A DNA stretch of 63,826 bases, the filler included, from Craspedostauros australis (Eukaryota), in the NCBI GenBank assembly GCA_030167865.1. It is 9 parts of 9 records of this genome, joined end to end, with 100 filler letters (N's around TTAATTAATTAA, not from the genome) between each part and the next. Parts side by side here need not be neighbours in the genome. Positions count along the whole stretch, not along the records: positions 1 to 13,214 come from JALAGF010003911.1; 8 more parts are not named here. One strand, written 5' to 3'. Below the pieces are notes generated by a model. That model made no database searches. It was given only the letters and a program-made list of their open reading frames with translations, and was not told the origin of the DNA. Positions within the stretch are counted from its first letter, which is position 1, and every line of letters begins with the position of its first letter. Of this stretch, positions 1-11,393 are shown one piece after another. A program made the position numbers and the translations under genes.

Positions 1-3000
1 CGGAGGAGCATGAGTCGCGGTGGAAAAAGGCGAGTGAACGCATCACGTCTGGGCCGTCCGGCTTGCACTTCGGCCTGTGGAAAGCCCAAAGCCTGGAACC
101 GGATCTCCGACAGGTTGACGCATCCATGCGAAGCATTTCGTTTCGAACAGGCTACAACCTCCAACGATGGAGCCAATGCACCGATGTGCAGCTCGCGAAG
201 CAAGAAGGGAACATCAACGTGGAGAAATTCCGGACAATCAGCCTGCTCGAAGCCGACATGAACATGAACAACAAGATGCTGGGAGCAAGGATCATGAAGC
301 ATGCTGAAGCACACGGTCTGATCGCCCCGGAGCAATACGGCAGTCGGAAGCGGCACAGGTCGCAAGAAGTGAGTCTCAACAATCGCCTCTCGAACGACGT
401 CATGCGCATGCACGCCACTTCAGGTATCATTTGTGCCAACGACGCAAAAGGGTGCTACGACAGGATCGCTCATCCAATGTTAGCCGCAAGCATGCAAGCT
501 ATGGGGGTGCCGTGGACTCAGATACAAGCAATGATACGCAATATTGAAGGAATGAAGCACCGGATCCAGACAATGCTCGGGCCCTCCAAGGCCAAATACA
601 AAGGGAGTCGAGCCGCTCCGTTTCAAGGAGTAACGCAAGGTCACGGCGCAGCCCCAGCATGCTGGGTGGTAGTGAGCTCGCCGCTCATCGAAGTGATGCG
701 GCAGCAGAACCACGGGTTTCAACACGCAGGGTGCATGACAGGAGAAAACGTGGAATTCGTATGCTTCACGTTTGTCGACGACACAGATCTGATTCACACC
801 TTCCGCGCAACAGACGAAACGAGATTGATCGGGGAGGCCCAAGCAGTGGCGGAGACCTGGAACGGACTGCTAAAAGCCACAGGGGGCGCCATCGAGCCGG
901 CCAAGAGCCATTGGTACCTCATCTCCTTCGTATGGAAGAACGACAAATGGGAATACCGCAAGACAGAGGAGACACCGGGAACAATCCGACTCACGAAACC
1001 GGACAGTGAGGAGCGCATCGACATAGAGCGGCTGGAGGCAACGGAAGCCAGACGTACTCTGGGGATCGTAGCTAGCCCGGATGGTGATCAGCACCACGCG
1101 GTCAAGGATCTCATAAGGAAAGGCACGGAGTGGGCACGCAATGTAAAAGCAGGCAGACTCAGTCGAAGGGAAACATGGCGGGCACTGAAACACACCATAT
1201 GGAAGACGCTGGAATATCCGCTACCAGTTACCACCATGACGAAAAGACAGTGCGAAGACGTGATGCGCCCGGTGCTCAAGGTGGCTCTGCCGGCGGCAGG
1301 GGTCCAGCGCAACGTGTCACGCGCCATCGTGTTTGGGCCGACGGAACTGCTGGGACTCGGTGTTAAGCACCTGTATTGGCAGCAGCTCACGGCACACATG
1401 GCCACCATCTTCCGCCATTGGCATCGTGACACACTGACTGGGAAGATGCTCAGAGTGTCCTACCAAGCCGCTGCAGCAAGCGCAGGGACCATCAACCTGT
1501 TTCAAGCGACAGGAGACAAATGGTCCAAGATAGTCCCACATTCGTGGTGGGCGAGCGTAGCTGAAGAAGCAGCGACAGCCAAGCTGGAGGTGCGCATGGA
1601 AGAGGCAATCATCCAGCCCAGACGGCAAGGCGATAGCCCCATCATGGATGTGTTCGCGGCGACATGCAATCCGGAAGAGATGCGACAGGTGAACCTGTGC
1701 AGGCGGTCGCTTCAGGCCTTCTGGATGTCAGACATCGTATCTGCTGACGGCAGGAACATCACCACGGATGCAACTGAAGGACGGCCACTGCTGGGATGCA
1801 GCACGGTGAGAGTTCCAAAAGTGGGGAGGATGAAGGCGGCGTACTGGGCGACGTGGAGGGCAAAGCTCAAGTCGATGACGACCAGGGATGGCGGACTACA
1901 AGAACAGTACAGGCTCGGCGGGTGGAGGCGAGACGGCATGGCGACGCCGATAAGGTGGGAGGAAGGCTCGGGAAGGCTGCAGATCAAAGAGAGCACCTGG
2001 ACGGTATGGCGGGAGGTACCAATGCGGTCGCGTCGCCGAATGTTCCGAAGAATATCAGGAGAAGTGGGCGACGGGGCCGGTGTGCCAGCAGACGGGTACC
2101 TGCAGGGCGACGGATTCAGGATGACAACGGCCGGAGAGTGGGTCGCAGCGCCAGCAGAACGAGCCGACGCCGCCATGACGGATGCCTGGACGAAGCTGGA
2201 GGAAACAGAAGCGTGGGCACTACGGCATATCAAATGTGAGACTGACTGGAAGGACATGGCGACGAGCATCAAGGACGGCACGGCGGTGGGAGGCAGTGAT
2301 GGATCTGTTAAGAAGGAGAAAGGCACGGCGGCGTGGGTGATGGCGACCGACGGATCCCTCGAAACAATAGCCTTTGGGACTCTGGAGGCGCCCCGACGAG
2401 AAGGGCCTACATCGTCTCAACGCGCGGAACTTGCGGGGATCTACAGCGCCTTGATCACAGTGAGGGAGATGGAGAAACGGTACAACATGGCAGGTGGATG
2501 TCTTCGATGGAGCTGTGATAACATGCAGGCGCTCAAGGCGTTGGAATGGGAGCACGAGCCGGACCCATCTACGCCAGACTACGACATGATGGTGGCGACC
2601 ATGCGAATGCGGCGACAGCTGCGGACAAGGGTCACCGGGCGCCACGTCAAAGGCCACCAGGATGCGCGGAAACAAATGCACGAATTGGATGTGTGGGAAC
2701 GCATGAACGTGATCACGGACAAGCTGGCTGGGCAACGGTGGGAGCTTCTGGAGGAAGCTGAGGGGTGGCAACACCATCAGCACACGGGGGCAACCGCATG
2801 GAGCGTATGGCGCAGAGGCGTCAAGCGATCACGTATCACATATGACAGTGTGGCTGGCGAAGAGGTCGAAGACGAGATGGCGCACGTGCGGGCGAAGCGA
2901 GGGTTGGCAGCCAGCGGCGAAGGCGTGGCTGACACCCACGCCATGCAACGGGCGGCAAGCGGTCTCTCCGACACCCAGCGAGTGCTGACGATGAAGCTAG

Positions 3001-3981
3001 TGCTCAGAGAGGCGGCGGTCGGGACACGAATGGTACAATGGAAGGAAAGAACGACGGCTGCGTGTCCCAGGTGTGGTGCAACAGAAACGCACGACCATTT
3101 GTGGGTATGCCAGGCAAACGAGTCACTCATGCTATGGAAGGCGCAAAGGAAAAGGCTCCGGAAGACGCTGCAGCGGGCCAACACTCACCCGGCGATCGTG
3201 AAAGTGATGGTGAGCAACGTGAAGCAAGCATCACGAGAGCTAGGACCAGTGGGCCGCATACGGGCGAACAGATTGGAATCGGGGCTGATGGACGATCAAG
3301 AGGCAGTCGGGTGGGACAAGCTCCTGAAAGGGGTGATAGCCCGCTCGTGGACGGAGCTCCAGGCGCGCTACTATGTCGACATCGGACGGCGACGGTCGGC
3401 GGAGAAGTGGGCGGCGCAGATCGTGAGGAAGCTCTGGAGGATCGCGTGGGAGCATTGGCACCAACGCAACCGCGCCATGCACCACGGTGAGGACGGTCCA
3501 GAAGTGGAATTACGGCAGGCAGTGAGAGAGTATGCCGGGCGACTACAGGACGACGAAATGGCCAAGGAAGACGGAGGCGCTGCGTGGGAGCGACTACAGC
3601 TTGACGGAGATCACGCCACCGACATAGGGACCGTAGCCGTTTGGATAGGCCAAGTGCAACGAGTGCGAAGGATACCGGCAAGTCACGCGCCAGCAGAAGT
3701 GCGACGTTGGCTTCGACGCTGGCGATAGCGCACGGATCGTTGCATGGCGTTTCTCCTACAGACACGAACGGGACCATACATGAAGAAATACATGAACGTC
3801 AGATGCGGGGTCGACAGGGAGGAGTCCGAGTGACGACTTGCCGACCGGTTAGCGCATATACATATTGAATCGATACGCCGTGCTGCCTCGTGCCCTACAC
3901 GAGATTAAAGCGGGCGGCATTAAAGCGCCTACGGCGCAGTCTGCGGAGTAAGCAGTCTAATCCATGAGTTATATATATATA
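1..3981 (+). mobile_element. Non-LTR retrotransposon (Ambal-like LINE), 5' part beyond the window edge
   Basis: Long RT-RNase H ORF, then a ~245-nt 3' UTR ending in a (TA)6 tail at 3970-3981. The purine-rich coding strand differs from the host genes. Confidence 0.88.
63..3728 (+). CDS. LINE polyprotein (5'-partial): reverse transcriptase + RNase H + Cys/His knuckle
   Basis: RT motifs EQYGSR, NDAKGCYDRI, QGVTQGHGAAP and FVDD. RNase H motifs SDGS, RAELAG, CDN, HVKGHQD and NVITDKLA. C-terminal CPRCGATETHDHLWVC. No internal stops over 1221 codons. Confidence 0.92.
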   Translation: MHFGLWKAQSLEPDLRQVDASMRSISFRTGYNLQRWSQCTDVQLAKQEGNINVEKFRTISLLEADMNMNNKMLGARIMKHAEAHGLIAPEQYGSRKRHRSQEVSLNNRLSNDVMRMHATSGIICANDAKGCYDRIAHPMLAASMQAMGVPWTQIQAMIRNIEGMKHRIQTMLGPSKAKYKGSRAAPFQGVTQGHGAAPACWVVVSSPLIEVMRQQNHGFQHAGCMTGENVEFVCFTFVDDTDLIHTFRATDETRLIGEAQAVAETWNGLLKATGGAIEPAKSHWYLISFVWKNDKWEYRKTEETPGTIRLTKPDSEERIDIERLEATEARRTLGIVASPDGDQHHAVKDLIRKGTEWARNVKAGRLSRRETWRALKHTIWKTLEYPLPVTTMTKRQCEDVMRPVLKVALPAAGVQRNVSRAIVFGPTELLGLGVKHLYWQQLTAHMATIFRHWHRDTLTGKMLRVSYQAAAASAGTINLFQATGDKWSKIVPHSWWASVAEEAATAKLEVRMEEAIIQPRRQGDSPIMDVFAATCNPEEMRQVNLCRRSLQAFWMSDIVSADGRNITTDATEGRPLLGCSTVRVPKVGRMKAAYWATWRAKLKSMTTRDGGLQEQYRLGGWRRDGMATPIRWEEGSGRLQIKESTWTVWREVPMRSRRRMFRRISGEVGDGAGVPADGYLQGDGFRMTTAGEWVAAPAERADAAMTDAWTKLEETEAWALRHIKCETDWKDMATSIKDGTAVGGSDGSVKKEKGTAAWVMATDGSLETIAFGTLEAPRREGPTSSQRAELAGIYSALITVREMEKRYNMAGGCLRWSCDNMQALKALEWEHEPDPSTPDYDMMVATMRMRRQLRTRVTGRHVKGHQDARKQMHELDVWERMNVITDKLAGQRWELLEEAEGWQHHQHTGATAWSVWRRGVKRSRITYDSVAGEEVEDEMAHVRAKRGLAASGEGVADTHAMQRAASGLSDTQRVLTMKLVLREAAVGTRMVQWKERTTAACPRCGATETHDHLWVCQANESLMLWKAQRKRLRKTLQRANTHPAIVKVMVSNVKQASRELGPVGRIRANRLESGLMDDQEAVGWDKLLKGVIARSWTELQARYYVDIGRRRSAEKWAAQIVRKLWRIAWEHWHQRNRAMHHGEDGPEVELRQAVREYAGRLQDDEMAKEDGGAAWERLQLDGDHATDIGTVAVWIGQVQRVRRIPASHAPAEVRRWLRRWR

Positions 3982-4073
3982 GCAAATTCACAATGCAGAC
4001 GAAAGCATTGATACATACATAGAGCTTGTAGTCGTACATACGTCGAGCATTTCCATCATATCTTGATCTCTTC

Positions 4074-7000
4074 CTAAAATTCAAAGTCTTCGAAGTTGGG
4101 AAGATCTTGGACTTCTTGTGGAATCGCCATGTCCAGGACGTTGCCTGCCAGGTTCAAGACTTCCAACTTGGTGAGTAATCCCAATTCTGAAGGAATCGCC
4201 CCAGCGAAGAAGTTGCCCTCCAAGTCCAGCGTCACTAAGTCCACGAACTGCCCGAATTCCGTGAGGATGTCACCATTCAGAATGTTTGCGCTGAAGTCAA
4301 GGAAGGTGAGCTTGGTGAGTTCCCCGAATACAGTTGGGATCGTCCCGAAGAGCCCGCTGTCCTTTGCAGACAAGGAGACTGTGGTTGATGCAGGGTGGAA
4401 GAAGAGGTAGGTAGAGCAATGCGGTGAAATATCGTGGCAAGCGGAGGTGAGTGTCATGCGCAGATCTTTTGTGCTCGCAACAGGTGAAGATTGCTGGATG
4501 ATCGACATCGATGCACGAGCAGTATGTGTGCCAATGCTTACCGAGATTAGAGAATTGAGTGATCTCAGCCGGGATCGAGCCGGTGCTCAAGGCCGTGTCC
4601 AGGTTCAGCAGTTGGAGATTTGGAAAGTTTGTCGCAAGCTGAATCGGGAACGTGTCTCCGAGTCTATTTCCAGCCAGGTTTAGAGATCCTGCATTGGGGA
4701 TTGAGGTGTGTGGAAGGATGGAGAATGCAGATTGGGATGAATGTACAGCAACATCCCAACGAGAAAATCCCGAGAAGGGTGCATGGATGTGGTGTGAGTT
4801 GCACGGACATGAATCATGGATGCGATGGATCAGACATGCTCGCATGAGTACGAATGCGAGTGCCCCAGGCCAACAGAGCGGCCCGGATCCCAACCGTACT
4901 TACTCAGGCTTTCCGAGACGTCATCAGGTCCTGGGAGATCGTCCTCTCGCAAACCGTTCGAAGGAATCTCCAAGGTTTGTAGGTTGCTGCTGCTGTAGTA
5001 CCGCCTGTCCAGCCTTAGGAAGGTTGTCCCAATGTGCAAAAGCCGTAGATTTTCCAAGAATGGCGTCTGGCCACTCAAAGTCGTCTGTGTCACCAGCAGC
5101 TCTTCCAAAGCTGTCAGTGCTGTGATTTCAGCTGGGATGGGATTGTCCAGAAGGTTGTCCGAAAGGTTCAGCACGCGCAACGAAGCGAGGTCGGCGATAC
5201 CTGCTGGGATTTCACCAATCAATCGGCATCCATCGAAGTTGAGATTCGTGAGAGACGGCAGACCAGTCCACGTCTCGGGTATACTCGATCTCAGCTGGTT
5301 CTGGCTCAGATCCAGCAGAACTGTGGCAGCAGTATGGATATTCGCATAATTTATATTTCGCACGAGATGAAAAGAAGAAGGTGAGAGACCGTATTCGTAG
5401 ACATTGTTGCAGTCATGCGTATCCGTGCAGCGAGTAAACATGAAGCAGCAGCCACGAGCGGCTGCGATGCGGTGTCCGGTGTAGGATGGCGCTGTTGGTC
5501 GGCGGAGCTACCAGTACGTACCGAGGGAGTCCAAGTTGAGCAGGGAAGTGGGAAGAGCTCCTTCGAAGAAGTTTAGTGACAACCGGAGTTCAGCTGCGGT
5601 TAGTCATGTCGATGCATGGTGCGAGTCGTTGGCAAGAGAGGAAGTTGGGGGAAGAGAGCAAGGTTAGAAAAGAGAGAATGCGAAAGGTTCATGAAAGATT
5701 CGATGCTGCAGACCATGGCATGCATCATTACATGATTGCATTACGAGTACAAAGTCAAACGACACCACTCACCCAAATTCGTTAAGCCTGCAAAGATGTC
5801 TGGGATGTCGCCTGAGAATGAGTTCGTGCCCGCATTGAACCGCCGGAGGTTCGCCAAGGGTGCTATTTGCGATGGAAAAGGGCCAAGGAGATTGTTGGCA
5901 TTGATGAACAGGGTTTCCAAGGCTGCCATCGTTTGCAGAGTGCTTGGGATCCGCGTAAATCGATTGGACTGCAGTGCCAAAGTTCTCAGCATGCTCAGGC
6001 TTGTGATAGCGTCTGGGACGACACCCTCGAGGACGTTGTTGTTGAGTTGGAGGCTTTCCAAGAGAATGAGGCTCCCGATTTCCGATGGCAGACTTCCAAC
6101 GAGTTGGTTGGAGAATAGACTCAGACTTTTGAGGAGCGTGTTGGCACCCAGTTCGGTTGGGAGGGATCCAGCAAGGAAATTTGACCGCATATCCAACGTG
6201 TCGAGCAAGCTCAATTGTCCGATCGTGGATGGTATGCTCCCCGTCAAGCTATTGTCGGCCACGTTGAACAGATCTGCAGGGCGGGCCAGGCATCGGCGGT
6301 AAGAGAGATGAGAGAGCAACAGGGAAGAAAGCGAATGTTTGTGAGATTGGCGGAAGTTGATCGCAGATGCGTGTTGCATCTCGCAGGTGCACAACGCAGC
6401 ACAACGCCACGAGGCACTCCATCACAAAAGTACGGCATAGAGTAGAACTTACTCAAACCTGGCAAGCCCCGAATTTCGGATGGTATCGACCCCATCATGT
6501 CGTTGTCCGTCAGCACGATGATCGTGACCAAGGTTGGATTGGCGGCGTCACCGCAGATGATGTTATCCCAGTTCCCATTGGTGGCATCGCAGATGGGCAT
6601 CTCGGATGCCCACCGTCCATTGACGAACCATTCATCCCCGTTCGTGGCATAGTACAGCGTGTTCAAAGCATATCGTTGTACTATCTCCACTTCCACGGCT
6701 GGATCACCAGGCGTCAGCTCTGGGTTGGTTTCGAGGAGTCGCAGCAAGGCCGTGTTTTGGGGTGTGCCAGCCATTTCCAAGGATCCATCGTCCGTGATGG
6801 TGCGTGTGAGGAAGGAAGCAATGGTCTCCGATGTCGGGTTGGGAGATTGGGTGGGACTGGCGGTGCCGGCGCCCTCGGAAGGTGGCGACGATGCCATGAG
6901 CGATGTTGGTACCTGCGACGGCTGGAAGGAAGGCACTTGTGACCCTGGTCCAGATGGCACCGAAGATGGTGCCTGCGACACGTCGGTGGGAGGCAACGAA

Positions 7001-7473
7001 TCATCTGCGCCCGGCATCACCGTCGGTTGTTGTGATGTCTGGACTGGAGATGCGGAAGGCTGCAACGTAGGTGTTGGCGTGGCTCCCCCAACAGTTGGCA
7101 TCTCTGTGGGAGGCACGAAGATGTTGACCCGAATATCCCTCTCCGGCAAATCCATGTCGTGCCTCTTCTCGATCGCAAACTGTGTCTCGATGTCGCTGAG
7201 TTGCAAACGCCTTCGAACCCCTGGCGTTAGACCATCCTCGGTAGATCTGCTTTGGAATTGGCCGGGATCGCGTCTCGCCAGTCTTTGCATTTGGTGTCGT
7301 CGTGGATACTGTCGTTGTGCAAGCACGGAAGTTGCTCTATCCCCCACGAGCAACGCGCCCAGGCATGCCATGGCCGTAGCATACGAGCAGGCCCGAAGCC
7401 GCCTGCCCCTTGGTCGCTGTCGTTGCGTCCACTGCAACCGCTGTCCCCCGATTGTTGTCCCCATTCGTGTCAT
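4074..7473 (-). CDS. Secreted/surface leucine-rich repeat protein, 6 exons (~7473-6453, 6273-5773, 5593-5522, 5320-4904, 4688-4542, 4378-4074); start codon uncertain (7371-7880)
   Basis: Plant-type LRRs (LxxLxxLxLxxNxLxGxIP), an N-cap QRYALNTLYYATNGDEW, a P/S/T-rich stalk, an RRLQ motif and a hydrophobic N-terminal segment. Five GT-AG introns (donors GTAAGT, GTGAGT, GTACGT, GTAAGT, GTAAGC; acceptors CAG) each restore the frame. Confidence 0.88.
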
Positions 7474-8553
7474 CCGTGCGCTGTTGTCGTTGTTGTCGCC
7501 GTTGCTGCTGCTGTTGGAATGGTGGTCACAACCACAGTTGCTGCCGTCTGGGCAATTCCGCAGCAACGGCATGTCATCGTGGGGTATTGCTTGGCACGCC
7601 ATCCCATTCAGCGGATGGTGAATCGTCGGAACCTCTGCATTGGCTTGGTCCATGGTGGGCGTTGCTTTTCGAATGCGCCTGGTGATTGTCTCCAGCCTTC
7701 GCTCTGCCTTTGCATCTCTCTGTCCTCGCACCTCTGTGCTGCTGCGCTGCAGTGCCTCTGTATCACTGTTACTTCTTCCTCTTTCCATGTCCCTTGCCAC
7801 CCACAAGTACGATTGCTCTGGCCTGCGCTGTTGTCGCGCAATAGTTCTCTTTGCCTGTTTCTTGTCCACAGAAAAACATGCCATCACCCACTCGCAGTCG
7901 TTTTTTGGGACGTGCGAAAATGTGAGTCCTGTGGAATGCAATGGTAACGTTCGTCGAAATAATTAGAATGTGAATTCGTCCAACGGTCACAAAAACGCTG
8001 GACAAAATAGGGTCTGGGAAACGAATGAAAATGATTGACCACAAATTGCGCTGCGCATTTTCTTCTTTGGGAGATGATCGCCATTGGAGAGAGTGCATCA
8101 AGTCTTGGAGGGTGGCATCTTGTTCTTGTGACTATTCATTCGGTAACGACTCATGTTTGTGCCATGCGCAGGCGAAGGCTTGGAGCAGTTCATCCATCAG
8201 GCAGTCATCCGCGGTATTCATGACTGCCGAACCGTGCCAGAGAGTGATTGGAGAGAGGGGCATGCGGAGGTCAACCAATCGGACCTGCAGGGGCGATGCC
8301 CCCTGAGGCGTTGATGGATTCAGCATGGTATATGTGTTGGCAACTATTATACTCGATCTGCCCAGTCGCTTTGGTAACTCCGCAGCGTCATTCTTGTTCC
8401 GTGTCCACCATACTATACTCGACACGCATGTAGTACTGGGTGGCCAACTCCTGCATCCTCTTGTTGTTCTACAACATAGAATGAAGCACTGTGGGACATG
8501 TGCATGCTCTACAATGTTGGACTCTTCAATGCCGAGCTGCTATTACTCGTATC

Positions 8554-9909
8554 TCATCCGTTAAACGCTCTGCGCAATATGATATTCATATCATCTTGCA
8601 TGCAGGTCTGCAAGTTCTTCCAAAACTCTGCACCTTGCGATGACAGCTCTTGCAGCCGGGTGCCACCATTTTGTTCATCTCGCAGCAACGACAGCGCTCG
8701 CCTCGCAACATCCGGCCACGTCGTGCCGATGATGGCTGGGACCTGCTTGTAGGTTGCGTGCAAAAACGGCGAATCCAACAGGGCCGGGACGGTTCCCAAG
8801 GATAACATCTCTCCGAGACGGTAGCATTCATCGTTGTTCCCCGATGGATGCAACCCAATCTTGGCGCGCCCGATCTCCTTGACGGCGTATTGGAAGGCGG
8901 AGATACCCAGGCGGAATCCCTTGGTGAATGTGATGGAACAGGACAAATCGTTCTTGCTGCGCTGTTGCCATTGTTGGATTTGCCGTTGCATGGCCAAACG
9001 TTTCGGAGTCTGTCGTCCGCTAAAGCTGCAGTTTGTGGGACGCAACTGGATGGGCCACGGTTGGCTGTGCAGCTCCGCGGAAAAGATGGGATGATCTTCG
9101 AGCAGGAACGCCCAATGGATGCCGTACTTGGGCTGCCGGTCGTTCCCATCCCGCATGAGCTGCGCCTGCTCCCGTTCCGCATTCGCGCCGCATGTGAGAT
9201 TCCCCAATGCACGCAGCGGTTGCGTGATGTTCGGTTGTTTGCCGTCGGAAGCAAAGTAGTGCCGCAGGACGTAATCGAATGTGCCGTAGGCGGAGAAGAG
9301 CTGATGCGACATGAATTCATCTGCCATGTGGAACAGACCGAAGCTAGTCTTGGGAAACTTGGCGCGTTGCTGGGAAACGACTTTCTCAATCTCTTCCAAT
9401 GACTTGTCAAACCCCCTTGTGACCAGCAGGAAATGCGCATGATCGGCGTTACTCTCGATGAGGCTGGTGAGGTTTTGTGCTGACCGGAAGGATCGATGAT
9501 GCAACGATACCCAAGAGGGGAGGTATCGATGTGCGAAGACGCAACGGCCAGGACATGTCCCACCCCAATCGATGGCGACGATCAGACGGCCCGTGTGATG
9601 AAGATTGTGAACGAACTCCAGATGGTTCCTGTTGTTAATGTTGTTGATGTTGTCGATGCTGCTGCTATTGACACTGTTGCTGAAGCTATTGGCACTGTCT
9701 CTTCCAGTCATCCAACTTGTGTCATCTTGGACAAGCGCTGGGAACGAGAGATTCTCATCGAGCTGGCTGGCTATAGTGGCTGTCCAAATCACACAGCACG
9801 TCACAGCAACAATCAAGATTGCATGATGGAGCCGAAGCCTTGACTTGGTTTTTGGCTGGTTCGTGTTGCCATCCTGACTGACCCACCGTCCTTTCGAAGT
9901 GAACTTCAT
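8554..9909 (-). CDS. Type II membrane exostosin/GT47-like glycosyltransferase
   Basis: Single N-terminal TM segment (AILIVAVTCCVIWTATIA). C-terminal IGLHPSGNNDECYRLGEMLSLGTVPAL resembles the exostosin L-x-P-x-G...R-L-x-E-x-L-x-x-G-x-V-P motif. Also LFHMADE and FSGR. Confidence 0.65.
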   Translation of the reverse strand: MKFTSKGRWVSQDGNTNQPKTKSRLRLHHAILIVAVTCCVIWTATIASQLDENLSFPALVQDDTSWMTGRDSANSFSNSVNSSSIDNINNINNRNHLEFVHNLHHTGRLIVAIDWGGTCPGRCVFAHRYLPSWVSLHHRSFRSAQNLTSLIESNADHAHFLLVTRGFDKSLEEIEKVVSQQRAKFPKTSFGLFHMADEFMSHQLFSAYGTFDYVLRHYFASDGKQPNITQPLRALGNLTCGANAEREQAQLMRDGNDRQPKYGIHWAFLLEDHPIFSAELHSQPWPIQLRPTNCSFSGRQTPKRLAMQRQIQQWQQRSKNDLSCSITFTKGFRLGISAFQYAVKEIGRAKIGLHPSGNNDECYRLGEMLSLGTVPALLDSPFLHATYKQVPAIIGTTWPDVARRALSLLRDEQNGGTRLQELSSQGAEFWKNLQTCMQDDMNIILRRAFNG

Positions 9910-10570
9910 TGTGGTACCATGTACGAGAGAGCACTCGTGCAGCAATCATGTGCATTGGTGCTTGTAGCTCGGAGCAGAATGGTGACCGCATCAGGGGCAG
10001 CATCTCCTCGTGCGTATCATCATTGTGTGAGAGATGCGGTGCAGAGCAGCAGAGTTTGGCAGTACCACGCCATGCCAACGATGGCGTCAAGCGCGTCCAG
10101 AAGAGTGGATGCAACTCTTGACACAGTGGACTCCTTTTGGAATTTTGTGGTGGTCATTTTTGGCATTGTCCGTTCGTTGTGGTATCTTTTCGAGCTGTGC
10201 GACGACAGTTCGCGCCATCTCCGTGTTGGTGTTGGCGATGTCTCCATTGTGTTGCCCATCAGTGTTGTCATGATCACCACAGAGGGAAGCTTGAGATGGT
10301 GACAGCCATGTTCGTACAATCCAACCCAACTCAACCCAGCGCACTGGTACTTGTGGAATCGCGACAGTGAGAGCAGCACGAGTTGGGAGTATCGCCTCTA
10401 TTGCGGTCAAAGATCATGCTCATGATCGTGCGGTTTCACAAGGCCAAGGACAAAGCAGATTCGCATCGCGTGACGCAGTGGATCAGCTTCTTCCGTGCCA
10501 CCTCCGCAAAGCCCCGTTGGATGACGAGAGCAAGCATCAACGTCTGCCACAACGCATCAGCAGCCATGTC

Positions 10571-10909
10571 ATGAACCCCGTCATGGGTTTCACCAGCCTT
10601 CGCTCGTCTCCACTGTCGATACTGCCATTCGCGTCCAGATCCATCGTTTCGACGCTGTTCTCGCCAATCTTTTCATCATCATACCACCAGAGGAGTCTGC
10701 CATGGAGGACTGCTGTGCGCTTCAGCCCACAGCCCAGTGGCAGCGGCGTTATTGACATTGGCGGCATCGATGTCGATGGCTCGACACCAAAGTACATGGG
10801 TGCACCAGAAAAGACTCCCACTGATATCACCGATTACCACGAAGCCTTTTGGACTCGTCAATTAATTGCAAGACGAAAAAGCCGAACAACGCAGCTCCCA
10901 AGAAGTTGA
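10571..10909 (+). CDS. Small hypothetical protein, possibly mitochondrial-targeted
   Basis: S/R-rich N-terminus lacking acidic residues, followed by a charged C-terminal segment (TDYHEAFWTRQLIARRK). AT-rich 3' flank. No family recognised. Confidence 0.35.
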   Translation: MNPVMGFTSLRSSPLSILPFASRSIVSTLFSPIFSSSYHQRSLPWRTAVRFSPQPSGSGVIDIGGIDVDGSTPKYMGAPEKTPTDITDYHEAFWTRQLIARRKSRTTQLPRS

Positions 10910-11393
10910 TGAACGAGAAGGTCGCCATCCCGGACGATCCTTATGGCAATTACTCAGACATTTTGCTGCATGGAAGAGAGAAAGTCATATCGAATATCTA
11001 AATGTAATATTATTATCTTTATGCAATATGTACGTGTTTGTATGTGTACTTGTGTTGGGTGTGCCATGGGTCGACTGATTGCTGAGAGGTTGTGGCACTA
11101 TTGATTGATGCGCTCATCCAATCGAATCTTCACATCGATGGCTCTCCTGTTGTCTTTTGAGCGCGTTGTGTCGTGATGCACCAATGTGGCTCTCCTATCA
11201 GCTCGGGTTGTTCTCTACGAGTATGTGACTGGTGTGGCAATGTTGGCTTCGAATGATCGTGCTGTGGCAATCGGATTCCCCCTTGTTGCCGGGTTGCTGT
11301 GCACTCACTCCTTGCTGCATTCAATCATTGCATCCTCCTATTTCTCTGCACTTGTTGGCCCATTCACGCATTCATTCACTCATTGCTCATTGC

